Of a stretch of 64,000 bases of DNA, positions 18,566-28,846 are shown piece after piece. The notes below the pieces were generated by a model. That model was not told the DNA's origin. It saw nothing but the letters and a program-made list of their open reading frames with translations, and made no database searches. Each line of letters begins with the position of its first letter. The first letter of the stretch is position 1. The position numbers and the translations under genes are program-made. The DNA is from a virus. Location of the stretch: the IMG/VR virus record IMGVR_UViG_3300046648_000324, positions 6,401-70,400 of that record; one strand, 5' to 3'.

Positions 18566-21500
18566 TGGGAATCCTGGCCGACATCGACGCCCTGTACGCC
18601 GGCGCGCCCGCCAAACCGGCCGCCCCGCTCGCCCCCGCGCAGCCGTCCGCCTTCAGCCGCGGCCTGCGCGCCGGCGGCGCCGACCTGGCTGGCCAGGCCC
18701 GCGCGCTGCTGGGCCAGGGCGCGGAGCTGCTCGGCGCCGACCAACTCGCCGCCGAGCAGCGCGCGGCATCGGTGGCCGCGCAGCAAGAGGGCGCCAGCAT
18801 CATGGAAGGGCTGCCGCAGAGCTACCACGACGTGCACGGCCTGCGCGATGCCTGGGACTATGCCACCGGCCTGGTCGGCCGCGCCGGTCCGGGGCTGGTG
18901 CCGATGGCCGCCGGCGCCGCCGTCGGCGGCATTCCCGGCATGATCGCGGCCACCATGCCGTCGACCATCGGCGCCCAGTTCGAGGCGCAGCAGGAAGACC
19001 CGGTGGCGGCCGCCAAGCCGGTTGGCGAACGGACCCTGACCGGCGCCGTGGCCGGCGGCGCCGAGGCGGCCGTGATGGGGGTGGTGCCGGGGGTCATGGG
19101 CGGCAAGCTGTTTGCCAAGGCAGCGACCGGGGCCGCGCGCGTGCCGCTGGGCCAGGCGGTGGCCACCAACCTGGGCGAGGCGGTGGTCGGCAATGCGGTG
19201 GCCGGCAACGTCGCGGCGCGCATCGGCCAGGGTGCGGCCGGCGCGCTGAACCCGGCGCGCGACACCAGCCAGGACGAAGCGCAGCAGATGGAAGCCACCG
19301 TCGGCGGCGCCGTGATGGGCGCGCCGTTCGCGGCACTGGGGGTGGCCGGTTCGCGCCGCGCGCCCAAGGCGCCGAAGGAACCCGCGCCGGCCAAGCCGGG
19401 CGCCGCCACGCCGGATGCGCCGGCCACGTTCGAGCAGCAGCTGGCCGGCCTGTCCGCGGCGCTGACGCCGGACCACGTCACCGGGCGCGAGCATGCTGAC
19501 GCCGCGATCGACGGCACCGAGACGCCGGCCACGATGGCCGGGCGCGACGCCGCCGGCGAAGACCAGGCGCGCACCAAGGCCCAGGCCAAGGTCGCCAAGC
19601 TGCTGGCCGACCCCGAGGCGGCGCACCTGCACGCCGAGCTGAACCAGCTGGACCCGGTCACCACCAGCGGCCAGCAGCGCATTGGCGAACTGAACGTGCA
19701 GCACTTCACGGCCCAGAAGCGCAAGGCCGACCTGGCCGCCGACAATGCCACGCTCGACGCCGCTTTGAGGTCCGCGCCGGAGGAAGCGGGGGAGGCGGCC
19801 AAGGACTACTCGGGCGCCGAGGCCAAGGTGTACGACCTGATGGACGGCCCCGAGTGGGCCGACTTCAGCGCCGAAGACAAGCAGGCAGCGGTAGCGCTGC
19901 TGCGCAAGGCGGTCGAGACCGGCGAGCGCACCGGCGAGATCCCGATGCTGCGCGCGGCGCGCACCGTGATGCGCGGCCAGGACCTGGCCGATCGCCTGCT
20001 GCGTGTCTACCACGTGCTCGGTTCGAGCGACCCGGCGCGGCGCGAGCAGTTCTTCGCCGCGTTCGCCAAGATGAACGCGCACATCAAGCGCGACGATGGC
20101 CTGCGCTACGCGGTCAAGAGCGCGCTGCCCCAACACCTGCGCGGGATCGGCGACGATCAGGTCGACGCGTTCATCGACGGCATGAAGGCGGTCTCGGGCG
20201 AAAACCTGAGCAAGTCGATGGGCGCCAACGAGATGAAGGTGGCCAAGACCCGCATCGACGACCACCTGTTCGACATCTTCGGTGACAAGGCCGAGGGCCT
20301 GATCGGGGCGTTCGCCAAGCACGCCCAGGACAGCGAGGAACTGGTGCCCGCGGGGCTGGAGGAAAAGGCCAAGCTCAAGTCGGCCGCCGACGAACACGCC
20401 GAGGGCGACGAGGCGAACCCCGCAGTCGAGGGCTCCGGCGAGGGCGCCGCCCCACGGCGCGAGGGGGTCGAAGCCGACACCGACAACGGCGACGTGCACA
20501 TCTACTACGGGCGCAAGCCGGACGCCAAGGACCGCTCGCCGTTCGTGCTGAACGACGCGGCGCACGCCAAGCTGTACCCGCACGACAGCGACGCGACGCG
20601 CCCGCAGAGCAAGCGCATGGCCAGGGCGGCGGCCGAGAACCCGGTGCCGCCCGACCCGTACGCCGAAGACCCGGGCGCGCCGCCGCGCAACGTGCGCTGG
20701 ATGGGCGCGCGCGAGTTCGCCGAGCTGCACGGGATGGATCAGGAGCAACTGGCGCGCCACACCGGCGGCAAGCCGGACGACTACGGGCTGGCCGTGGTGC
20801 GCGTGCCCAAGCAGGACGAGTTCAGCTTGTCCGACGCCGACCTCGACGGCATGCGCTTCGGCCGCCACACCATGGCGACCGACCCGGTCACCGGCAAGCA
20901 GGTCGAGAAGCACACGGCCCCGGCGTCGGGCTGGCTCAAGAGCGAAAAGGCGCGCGAGACCGCGTTCGAGGTGGGCGAGCACCTGTTCGATGCCACCCGC
21001 GTGGCGTCGTACATGGCGCGCTCGGATGGCCACGGCAAGGGCATCGCGTTTTCCGCCGCCGACGACGCGCACGGCAAGACCTACCGCACCGCGCGCGCGT
21101 TCGCCGAGGGCATCGCGGCGCTGTCGATCAAGCTGGGGCGCCAGATCGAGGTGCCCGAGCACGTGATCGTGGAGCGCGCCAAGGGCGGCCGCCCGGCGCT
21201 GACCTGGGGCGACCTGCAGGACGTGCTGAAGGACGGCACGGCCAGCGCCGCGCGCGCGCTGGCGCCGCTGCGCAACGAGCGCGACAGCCTGTACGCCGAC
21301 CGCGCCAAGGCGGTGGGCGACAAGGCGCAGGCCGCGTTCGCCGACGCGATCGAGGACGTCAACGCGCGCATCGCGCAGGTGCGCAAGGCGCACGGCATGG
21401 ACCGCGAAGCGTTCGATGGCAGCGACAGCACCACCGCCGAGCTGCAAGCCAAGCTGTCGGACCGGCAGGTCGAACTCGAGCGCTCGCAGGAGGCGCAGGC

Positions 21501-24500
21501 CCGGCTCGAGGCGAAGGCCTCGCGCAGCAAGCAGGAAGAGAAAAACCTGGCCTACCACCGCCGCCAGGTCGCGTTCCTGCAGCCGATGGTCGCCTCGCTC
21601 ACCCACACGCTCGAGCAGCGCGCCAACGCCGCCACCTTCAACGAGGCCAAGCTCGGCAGCGAGCACGGCACCGGGCGCGACATCGGCGAGGGGATCGACC
21701 TGCGCCGCGAACAGCTGCGCGCGGCCGAAGCGGGCGCGGCGCAGTACCAGCACCTGCTCGAGCAGCTCAACGCCCACAAGCCCGGCTCGCCCGGCGAGGG
21801 CGCGGTCTGGGCCCGCGAGCGCGAGCGGGTCAAGGCCCAGATCAAGACCAGCTTCAGCCGGACCCCGCGCGACGAGGTCATGGCCAGCAAGCCGTACCGC
21901 CGGATGGAAGGCTACCTGCGCATCGTCGAGAAGCGCGACCGCGCCCAGATCGAGGCGCTGCGCGAGCGCGCGCTGGCCGCCGCCGACGCCAGCGGCAAGA
22001 CGTTCGAGACAGTCGACGGCAAGCCGGTGGTGGCGGCGGCGCGCCGCGGCGAGGACGCCGCCGGCAACCAGGCCCCCGCGCTCGACGCCAGCGGCAAACC
22101 AGTGACCGCTGAAAAACGCCGCGAGACCACCTGGCGCAAGGCGGTCGGTGGCGACGACAGCGGGCTCGGCATCTCCGAAGCCGACCCGCTGGGCAACGTG
22201 CACCACGCCGCAGCCGAGCACGGCACCGAGGACAACCCCGACGCGCTGGGCGAGGTGGCGAGCAAGGTGCGCCAGAAGGCCGGCGAATACACCGAGCCGA
22301 CCGAGCCGCGCGACCTGGCGCCGGTCCTCCCCGAGGCGCGCTGGGCAGCGCTGAACGCGCTGCCCGCCACGCTGCCGAAGAACCTGGGCGCGGCGCTGCG
22401 CGCGCTGATCGACAACGCCGGGATCCTGAGCAAGGCGCACCGCAAGGAATTCGACAAGCTGATCGGCGACGACGGCAAGCCGCGCGACCAGGCCGCGCTG
22501 CGCGCCACCGTCAAGGACCTGGTCGGCAAGTACCGCACCAGCCCGTCCTGGTCGAGCACGGGCGAGCACGCGTTCGCCAATATCGCCAGCGAGGGCGGGC
22601 CGGTGCACGCGGCGATCCTGAAGAAGGTGGCCAAGAGCGAGGATGCGCGCGAGCTGCACACGGCGCTGCTGGACCTGCTGGGGAGCAAGAACCCGAACGA
22701 GCACAAGGCCAGGGTGATCGACGCCATGACCGCCCGCATCGGCGAGCTGATGGCCGAGTACCCAGACACCGGCTATGCGCTGCAGCTGAAGAGCGCGCAG
22801 GAAACCGGCGGCATGCTGACCCCGGCCCAGCAGGCGTTCGCCGACAAGGTGGGCAAGGGCGGGGTGACCTCCAGGCGCACCGTCGACGGCATGCGCACCA
22901 GCGACGACGTGGCAGCGCTGCAGCGGGCCCAGCGCGCGCTGGCCGGCGCCGACCCCGACAACGTGCACGTGGCGCGCGCGCTGGGCGTGATCGAAGACCG
23001 GCTGGCGGCGCTGGAGGGGAAGACCGCGGCCAAGCCGGCCACGGCCAAGCCCGAGCCCGAGGGCACCATGTACAGCCTGGAGTCGACCCGCGTGCATGAC
23101 GAGCTGGAGCGCGACGGCTTCGCCGCCACCCACGACTCGCCGATCCGCCACGATGGCACGTTCAACTGGCGCGCGCACGAGGGCAACGGCGAAGGCAACG
23201 ACGTGTACGGCGCCGGCACCTACCTGTCCACCGCGGAGGAGGTGCATCAGGGCTACAAGAAGCAGTTCACGCGCGCCATCAAGGGCGACGGCTTGATCAA
23301 TAACCCGCACTATCGGGGGCTGCAGGAGCAGCTGGCCGCGCTGCGCTGGGAAGACAAGACCCCGGCCAACGAGCGCAAGGCCGCCGCGCTGCGGGCGGAG
23401 ATGAAGGCGTTCGAGGACCGCTACAAGATCAGCGGGCTGAACGCCGACAAGTCGCCCACCTACCACGTCTCGGTCGACGTCCCGAGGGAGCATCTGATGA
23501 GCTGGGACTATCCGATCTCGAGGCAGAGCGCGTATGTGCAGCAGGCGCTCGCGCGGGGCGCCAAAATGCTCGACGACCCGGACCAGTACCCGCTGCCGAA
23601 GGGCATGCAATTGCGTTCGTTCGATGGCAAGCCGGGCGACGCGCTGCGCAACCGTTTCGGTGCCGAGGTGTACCGCGACCTGGCCATGCTGCTCGGCTCG
23701 AACCGCGACGCGTCCGAGTACCTGCAGTCGCTCGGCATTCCCGGCCACGAATACGCGTCCGACGGCGGCGCCGACTTGGATAGGCCGAACTTCGTCATCT
23801 ACGACGACAGCAGGATCCGCACCAACTACACCGAGCTCTCGCGCGAGCGCCAGGGCACGGCCGCATCAAGCGCCGCCGCCCAGCAGGCGGTGCACGACTA
23901 CGTCAACCGGGTCACCGGCGGCGCGGTCGACGTCAACGCCGCCGCCCAGCTGCTGTACGCCGGCTCCTACCTGAAGGGCGGCAAGGACGCCGCCGGGGTC
24001 GACTACCGGCCGGTGATCAACGTCTCGGTGCATGCGCTCAACCCGCTGTCGACCGCCTACCACGAGTCGCTGCACTGGTTCGCCGACCACCTGCGCCAGC
24101 ACGGCGAGCCGGCGGTGATGGCGGCGCTGACCCGCGCGGCCGACTCGGCCTACGTGCGCAACTTCCTGCGCAACAAGTTCCGCGACCAGCCCGACGCCTT
24201 GAAGCAGGTCGAGGGCGCCAGCGAGGAGCGGGTCGCCTACATGTACCAGTTCCACCGCAACGGCGAGCTGCAGCTGGGCACGCGCGCCAAGACCATCCTC
24301 GACCGCATCGGCGAGCTGGTCAACCGGGTGCTGGGGGTGTGGAGCAACGACGCGCGCGCGCTGCACATCATGGACTACTTCGGCTCCGGCCAGTACGCGC
24401 GCGAGTTCGGCGGCGGCCCGGTGCGCCCCGGCGCGGCGGCAGCGGCGCACAAGGCGATGATGGAAGTCGGGCGCAACAAGACGCTGGACCGGCTGCACGC

Positions 24501-26586
24501 GAATTTCAAGCCGCTGCTCGACGTCGCCACCGCGGCCGCCGGGATCGGCTCGGCGCGGATCCGCGACATGGGGATCCCGGCGCTGACCAAGATCGCCGAC
24601 CTGGTGCGCCTGCACGACACCAAGGAAGGGGTCGACCCCGGCTACCTGCCGGCGGCCGGCATCGCGCGCCGCGCCTTCGGCCAGCAGCTGGTCAAGGCGA
24701 TGGGCGACTTCACCGCCGAGCAGGCCAACGCGGCGATGGCCGCGATCGCGCAGGACCTGACGCCGGTCGACGCCCACCAGGCGCGCCTGATGAGCGCGAT
24801 GCGGCGCACCATGGGCGACGTCCACGCCTACATGCGCGAGGCCGGGGTGCGCATCGGCGCGCGCGGCCTGAACGGCATCAACGGCAGCAGCTACGCGCCG
24901 CGGGTGTGGGACCCGGGCGCGATCGCCGGCCACCAGGACGCGTTCCGCGCGATGATCCAGAAGTACATCGACAGCGGCGACTTCATCGGCTCGGCCGACG
25001 CCCTGATGACGCGCCTGATGCGCGACGAGGGCACCGAGATCGAGCCGGGCACGGTGGCCGGCCCCGGCGACCAGCACGCCAAGACGCGCGAACTGCACTT
25101 CATCACGGCCGCCGACGCGGCGCCGTTTGTCGAGAAGGACGCGCTGCGGATCCTGACCTCGTACATCGCCCAGGGCACCCGGCGCGCCGAGTGGTCGCGC
25201 CGGTTCGAGGCGATGAGCGCGGCCGAGCGGCGCCACTTCGAGACCTTGACCCCGTACGCGCAGCGCCAGTTCGAGCTCGAGCGCGAGCGGCCGCTGGCCA
25301 TGCTCAAGCGCAACGCGGTCGAGCAGGGCGCGACCCCCGACCAGATCAAGCAGCTGGACCGCTACCTGGAGGGCGTCACCGGCCAGCTGGGGCGCGACGT
25401 CAGGCCGGCCACGCGCCGCCTGTTCGCCCAGGTGATGGTGTACCAGAACCTGCGCCTGCTGCCGCTGGGGTTCTTCTCGACCCTGATCGACCCGGTCGGG
25501 GTCAAGGTGCGCGGCGGCACCCTGGGCGACGTGTTCAACAATTTCAAGCGCGGCATCCTGGAAATCCCGCGCGGCTTCCAGAACAACCCGAAGAGCGACG
25601 CCGGCTACCGCTTCGCCGAGGACCTGGGCGTCATCGACTCGGCCGTGCTGCAGCACGTGATGGGCGCCTCGTACGGCCTGGGCGCGGCCGGCAACCGCAC
25701 CCGCGCGCTGAACGAGGCGGTGTTCAAGTGGAACCTGATGGACCAGATGAACACGTCGCAGCGGGTCGGCGCCACCGAGGCCGCGCTGCGCTTCCTGCTG
25801 CGCCACCGCGACGGCGACGCCAGCGAGCACTCGTTGCGCTACCTGGGCGAGCTGGGCCTGAAGCCGGCCGACATCAAGGTCGTTGGCAGCGGGCGCGACG
25901 CCCGGGTCGCGGTGCGCCCCGAGGACTTCAGCGCGGCCGGCTACACCGAGGCGGCCGCGCTGGCCGCGCACCTGAAGATGCGCCAGGCCGTCAACCGCTG
26001 GGTCGACGGCGCGATCCTGCGCCCCGACCAGAGCAACAAGGCGATCTGGATGAACGACCCGATGTACGCGCTGGTCGCGCACATGAAGCAGTTCTCGTTC
26101 GCGTTCCAGGACACGATCCTGAAACGCGTGCTGCACGAGGCGCGCCACGGCAACTACCAGCCGGCGGCGGCGCTGGCCGGCTACATCCCGGTGATGCTGG
26201 CGGCCGACCTGGCGCGCGGCGCGATCCAGGGCGGCGGTTCGCAGCCGGACTGGAAGCAGGGCTGGGACCTGGGCGACTATCTGGCCAACGCAATCCAGCG
26301 CGCCGGCCTGTTCGGGGTCGGCCAGTTCGCGCTGGACGCGGTCAAGGAAGTGCGCCACGGCCACACCGGGATCGGCGCGCTGGGCGGGCCGACGGTGGCG
26401 CAGCTGGCCCAGGTCGTGGCCACCGTCGGCGGCCAGCGCAGTCTGGCGGCGACCACGATCGACGCGATGCCGGCCAACGCGCTGTGGAGCGGCTACCTGC
26501 CCGGCACCACCCGCAGCCACAGCCTGGGCCATGACGGCGACTCGACCGAGTACAGCCCGACCGAGCCGATGCAGATCGACGACTGA
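18565..26586 (+). CDS. Giant internal virion / polyvalent protein with ART-like and zincin (HExxH) domains
   Basis: 2673 aa; 'HDSP...GNGEGNDVYGAGTYLS...GIPG...NFVIYDD' resembles the polyvalent-protein ART fold; 'TAYHESLH'; last gene of the virion arm. Confidence 0.75.
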   Translation: MGILADIDALYAGAPAKPAAPLAPAQPSAFSRGLRAGGADLAGQARALLGQGAELLGADQLAAEQRAASVAAQQEGASIMEGLPQSYHDVHGLRDAWDYATGLVGRAGPGLVPMAAGAAVGGIPGMIAATMPSTIGAQFEAQQEDPVAAAKPVGERTLTGAVAGGAEAAVMGVVPGVMGGKLFAKAATGAARVPLGQAVATNLGEAVVGNAVAGNVAARIGQGAAGALNPARDTSQDEAQQMEATVGGAVMGAPFAALGVAGSRRAPKAPKEPAPAKPGAATPDAPATFEQQLAGLSAALTPDHVTGREHADAAIDGTETPATMAGRDAAGEDQARTKAQAKVAKLLADPEAAHLHAELNQLDPVTTSGQQRIGELNVQHFTAQKRKADLAADNATLDAALRSAPEEAGEAAKDYSGAEAKVYDLMDGPEWADFSAEDKQAAVALLRKAVETGERTGEIPMLRAARTVMRGQDLADRLLRVYHVLGSSDPARREQFFAAFAKMNAHIKRDDGLRYAVKSALPQHLRGIGDDQVDAFIDGMKAVSGENLSKSMGANEMKVAKTRIDDHLFDIFGDKAEGLIGAFAKHAQDSEELVPAGLEEKAKLKSAADEHAEGDEANPAVEGSGEGAAPRREGVEADTDNGDVHIYYGRKPDAKDRSPFVLNDAAHAKLYPHDSDATRPQSKRMARAAAENPVPPDPYAEDPGAPPRNVRWMGAREFAELHGMDQEQLARHTGGKPDDYGLAVVRVPKQDEFSLSDADLDGMRFGRHTMATDPVTGKQVEKHTAPASGWLKSEKARETAFEVGEHLFDATRVASYMARSDGHGKGIAFSAADDAHGKTYRTARAFAEGIAALSIKLGRQIEVPEHVIVERAKGGRPALTWGDLQDVLKDGTASAARALAPLRNERDSLYADRAKAVGDKAQAAFADAIEDVNARIAQVRKAHGMDREAFDGSDSTTAELQAKLSDRQVELERSQEAQARLEAKASRSKQEEKNLAYHRRQVAFLQPMVASLTHTLEQRANAATFNEAKLGSEHGTGRDIGEGIDLRREQLRAAEAGAAQYQHLLEQLNAHKPGSPGEGAVWARERERVKAQIKTSFSRTPRDEVMASKPYRRMEGYLRIVEKRDRAQIEALRERALAAADASGKTFETVDGKPVVAAARRGEDAAGNQAPALDASGKPVTAEKRRETTWRKAVGGDDSGLGISEADPLGNVHHAAAEHGTEDNPDALGEVASKVRQKAGEYTEPTEPRDLAPVLPEARWAALNALPATLPKNLGAALRALIDNAGILSKAHRKEFDKLIGDDGKPRDQAALRATVKDLVGKYRTSPSWSSTGEHAFANIASEGGPVHAAILKKVAKSEDARELHTALLDLLGSKNPNEHKARVIDAMTARIGELMAEYPDTGYALQLKSAQETGGMLTPAQQAFADKVGKGGVTSRRTVDGMRTSDDVAALQRAQRALAGADPDNVHVARALGVIEDRLAALEGKTAAKPATAKPEPEGTMYSLESTRVHDELERDGFAATHDSPIRHDGTFNWRAHEGNGEGNDVYGAGTYLSTAEEVHQGYKKQFTRAIKGDGLINNPHYRGLQEQLAALRWEDKTPANERKAAALRAEMKAFEDRYKISGLNADKSPTYHVSVDVPREHLMSWDYPISRQSAYVQQALARGAKMLDDPDQYPLPKGMQLRSFDGKPGDALRNRFGAEVYRDLAMLLGSNRDASEYLQSLGIPGHEYASDGGADLDRPNFVIYDDSRIRTNYTELSRERQGTAASSAAAQQAVHDYVNRVTGGAVDVNAAAQLLYAGSYLKGGKDAAGVDYRPVINVSVHALNPLSTAYHESLHWFADHLRQHGEPAVMAALTRAADSAYVRNFLRNKFRDQPDALKQVEGASEERVAYMYQFHRNGELQLGTRAKTILDRIGELVNRVLGVWSNDARALHIMDYFGSGQYAREFGGGPVRPGAAAAAHKAMMEVGRNKTLDRLHANFKPLLDVATAAAGIGSARIRDMGIPALTKIADLVRLHDTKEGVDPGYLPAAGIARRAFGQQLVKAMGDFTAEQANAAMAAIAQDLTPVDAHQARLMSAMRRTMGDVHAYMREAGVRIGARGLNGINGSSYAPRVWDPGAIAGHQDAFRAMIQKYIDSGDFIGSADALMTRLMRDEGTEIEPGTVAGPGDQHAKTRELHFITAADAAPFVEKDALRILTSYIAQGTRRAEWSRRFEAMSAAERRHFETLTPYAQRQFELERERPLAMLKRNAVEQGATPDQIKQLDRYLEGVTGQLGRDVRPATRRLFAQVMVYQNLRLLPLGFFSTLIDPVGVKVRGGTLGDVFNNFKRGILEIPRGFQNNPKSDAGYRFAEDLGVIDSAVLQHVMGASYGLGAAGNRTRALNEAVFKWNLMDQMNTSQRVGATEAALRFLLRHRDGDASEHSLRYLGELGLKPADIKVVGSGRDARVAVRPEDFSAAGYTEAAALAAHLKMRQAVNRWVDGAILRPDQSNKAIWMNDPMYALVAHMKQFSFAFQDTILKRVLHEARHGNYQPAAALAGYIPVMLAADLARGAIQGGGSQPDWKQGWDLGDYLANAIQRAGLFGVGQFALDAVKEVRHGHTGIGALGGPTVAQLAQVVATVGGQRSLAATTIDAMPANALWSGYLPGTTRSHSLGHDGDSTEYSPTEPMQIDD

Positions 26587-26597
26587 CGCGTATTCAT

Positions 26598-26650
26598 CCG
26601 GCCCGGCCCGGCAAAAAAGGGGCATCACGCCCCGGGCCGGGCCGGCGGGA
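26598..26650. terminator. Convergent-junction terminator(s)
   Basis: Minus strand GGGGC-GTGAT-GCCCC plus T6, nested within the inverted repeat CCGGCCCGGCCCGG/CCGGGCCGGGCCGG. Confidence 0.55.
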
Positions 26651-26792
26651 TGCGCCAGCTCGCCACCACCAGCATGACGATCAGCGCCGCTGCTGCCCAG
26701 CCATAATCGCCATCGCTGGCCCAGCGCCAGAAATCCACGCCATTGGCCAGCCCGAGCGCCCACTGCAGGCACAGCAGTTGGCGGCGCGACAT
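26625..26792 (-). CDS. Small membrane protein (55 aa)
   Basis: MSRRQLLCLQWALGLANGVDFWRWASDGDYGWAAAALIVMLVVASWRIPPARPGA; coupled to the upstream XRE gene. Confidence 0.5.
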   Translation of the reverse strand: MSRRQLLCLQWALGLANGVDFWRWASDGDYGWAAAALIVMLVVASWRIPPARPGA

Positions 26793-27013
26793 CAGGACGG
26801 CTCCGCGTCGAACTTCTCGAACTTCACCACGATCCGATAGCCCAGGATTTCCGCTATCTCCGTCGCCAGCACGTCTGTCAGGGATTGGTTCTGCTTCTCG
26901 ATATTGGTGATGCTGGTGCGCGTCAAGCCCACCGACTCGGCCAGCGCGCCCTGTGTCATGCCCTTCATTTTGCGCAGCGCCCTGATCGTCGGGCCGAGTG
27001 TATTCTTCTTCAT
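26792..27013 (-). CDS. XRE/Cro-CI family HTH regulator
   Basis: 'IRALRKMKGMTQGALAESVGLTRTSITNIEK' HTH_3 signature. Confidence 0.88.
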   Translation of the reverse strand: MKKNTLGPTIRALRKMKGMTQGALAESVGLTRTSITNIEKQNQSLTDVLATEIAEILGYRIVVKFEKFDAEPS

Positions 27014-27273
27014 CAGGATGGCTCCGCCTCGACCGGCCACAGGCGCTGGAAACCGTCGCTGCGGCGGTAGGCCTTGGCGGTCAGGTCATACACCATGTTG
27101 CCCGGCGCCAGCGCCAGGTAGGTGCGGATGTCGAGCGACGCCTGCGGCATCGACAGCGCGAAGTAATCCATGATCGTGGCCCGGTTGATGTGGCCGTAGT
27201 TGGCCAGCAGGCACTCGATGAATTGCAGGCGCTGTAGCAGCGCCGGGCGCAGGGTGGATAGGTCGGGGGTCAC
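27013..27273 (-). CDS. Stand-alone CapW/BrxR-like winged-HTH protein (no WYL domain)
   Basis: 'RLQFIECLLANYGHINRATIMDYFALSMPQASLDIRTYLALAPGNMVYDLTAKAY' matches the pattern of the CapW/BrxR N-terminal wHTH. Confidence 0.75.
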   Translation of the reverse strand: MTPDLSTLRPALLQRLQFIECLLANYGHINRATIMDYFALSMPQASLDIRTYLALAPGNMVYDLTAKAYRRSDGFQRLWPVEAEPS

Positions 27274-27482
27274 GGGGACGCTCTCACAGGGGTTGGCAAC
27301 GGCGCCATGCGCGCGATGAAGTCGGCCACGGTGCGGTAGTACAGCACGCCGCTGTGGATGTCGCGGTACACCAGCAGCGCCTCGGCGTCCCGTGAGGTGC
27401 CGGCGCCCAGCGCCGAGCCGAGCAGCTCGTAGGCGCCGCCCTTGCCGCTGCAGGTCCAGTGGGTGATCGGGGGCAGGCTCAT
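27270..27482 (-). CDS. Small hypothetical protein (DUF1653-like)
   Basis: 'KGGAYELLG...LVYRD...LYYRTVADFIARM'. Confidence 0.55.
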   Translation of the reverse strand: MSLPPITHWTCSGKGGAYELLGSALGAGTSRDAEALLVYRDIHSGVLYYRTVADFIARMAPLPTPVRASP

Positions 27483-27739
27483 GGGGTGGGCTCCGCGCTG
27501 CGCGGCTGCGATTCGATGTCGATCAGGTGCCGGATCCACTGCTGGGCGCCGGCCTTGGTCAGGTGGGCGCTATCGGGGTCGCGCGCGACCCAGTCTGGCC
27601 AGCAGCCGTGCCAGCCGCTCAGCTGCATGTAGGCGCGCATGGCGCCGACCGACTTGTCGCCGCCGTTCTGGTAGTACAGCAGGAATGCGCGCAGTGCGCG
27701 GTTCTCGCCGTCGTCGTCGAGCAGGTCGCGGGGGCTCAT
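27479..27739 (-). CDS. Hypothetical protein
   Basis: MSPRDLLDDDGENRALRAFLLYY...; ATGA overlaps on both sides. Confidence 0.65.
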   Translation of the reverse strand: MSPRDLLDDDGENRALRAFLLYYQNGGDKSVGAMRAYMQLSGWHGCWPDWVARDPDSAHLTKAGAQQWIRHLIDIESQPRSAEPTP

Positions 27740-28263
27740 TTGAACATCCGTTCCTGGCCGGCCACCTCGAGCAGCTCGCGCGATTTCTGGTCGGCGCCGC
27801 CCTCGAGCACCTGCAGTTCGACCTGGCGCCCGCCGTCGGCCGAGTATTGGGTGACCATGCGGAACACCGCGCGCCGTTCGCGGATCTGCTTCCACTCGCC
27901 CTTGGCGAACAGGAACGGGTCGAGCTCGTAGTCGCCGCGCCCCAGCTTCTTCAGCAGCCCGGCCTTGACGCAGGCGCCGATCGCGTTCTCGACGCTCTTG
28001 GGCTGCTGGCCGACGGTGGCCGCGATGCGCTGCTTGCGGCCCGAGGTCAGGCTGACGATCCCCTCGTAGTCGACGCTGGCCGCGATGTACAGCAGGATTT
28101 CCTGGTGCCCGGCCTGGATGTTGAAAAAGCGCGCGACGTCCTGCACGTACAGCTTGATGTACTCGGGCTCCCTGGCCATCGGCTTTAAGGCCGGGTCGCC
28201 GATGTCGAGCGGTTTGCCGGTGGCGATATCGGTGACGCTGCTCTTGCGGACGGCCTTGCTCAT
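27736..28263 (-). CDS. repL: RepL-like plasmid replication initiator (wHTH)
   Basis: 'EPEYIKLYVQD...KQRIAATVG...VENAIGACVKAGLLKKLGRGDYELDPFLFAKGEW' fits the RepL family pattern; adjacent to an iteron-like region. Confidence 0.7.
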   Translation of the reverse strand: MSKAVRKSSVTDIATGKPLDIGDPALKPMAREPEYIKLYVQDVARFFNIQAGHQEILLYIAASVDYEGIVSLTSGRKQRIAATVGQQPKSVENAIGACVKAGLLKKLGRGDYELDPFLFAKGEWKQIRERRAVFRMVTQYSADGGRQVELQVLEGGADQKSRELLEVAGQERMFK

Positions 28264-28289
28264 CGGGGTTCCTCGCAGGTGTGGTGACG

Positions 28290-28700
28290 GCTGTCAATAT
28301 TATCACCGAGTAATCCCCCAACGCTAGGGGGGTGACCCCCTGCAGCCAGGGGGTGTTTTTTAACAGAATTGTGAAAATCCACGTCAAATGCCCCCTGTTT
28401 CCAGGGGGCGACCTAGCCCTGGAATAATGGGTGTTGTCGGGAATCCCGACCCCCTGGATTGGGGAAGGAAACCCCCCAATCCAGGGAAGAAATCGGGCAT
28501 ACGCCCTTATACTTACTGGGCTCCTGACATCTCTTCTATACACGTTAACTATGCTATATCTCAGGGCTGTTTCCGTGGCTCGCGGCCTGACGCGCTTGCG
28601 CTTGTCGGCTCACCGATTTGCTGCGCAAACCGGCAAGCGGCGTTTTTTTTTTTATTTACCAGCTGTCGCTTTTTGGCACAAGGCCCTCGGCCTGCAGGCA
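28290..28700. other. Putative plasmid origin (oriV) with iteron-like C5..G5 boxes and AT-rich tracts
   Basis: CCCCC-N7/8-GGGGG at 28315, 28336 and 28391; inverted pair CCCTGGATTGGGG/CCCCAATCCAGGG at 28452-28486; AT-rich 28500-28560 and T-run at about 28643; no credible ORF. Confidence 0.6.
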
Positions 28701-28846
28701 ACGGCAACGCGTGCAGACCTGCGGGGACGCGCCAGCGCGCCGGTTTCTCGCTTTAGCGGCGTGGCCCGTCCAGGGCCATCCCCGGCCTGCGCGGCGGTCC
28801 TCCAGACCGGCCGCCCCGCGGCGCCGAGGTTCCACGGACACCTTCT

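Noticed and set aside
18565-26586. N4-type virion RNA polymerase
   Set aside because: No recognisable single-subunit RNAP catalytic motifs; the ART-like and HExxH domains fit a polyvalent protein better
18481-26772. Very long antisense and off-frame ORFs (e.g. 18481-23748, 23866-26772, 13702-16074, 53749-56457)
   Set aside because: Shadow ORFs expected from high GC3; Arg/Gly/Ala-rich, no motifs, and they overlap well-supported genes
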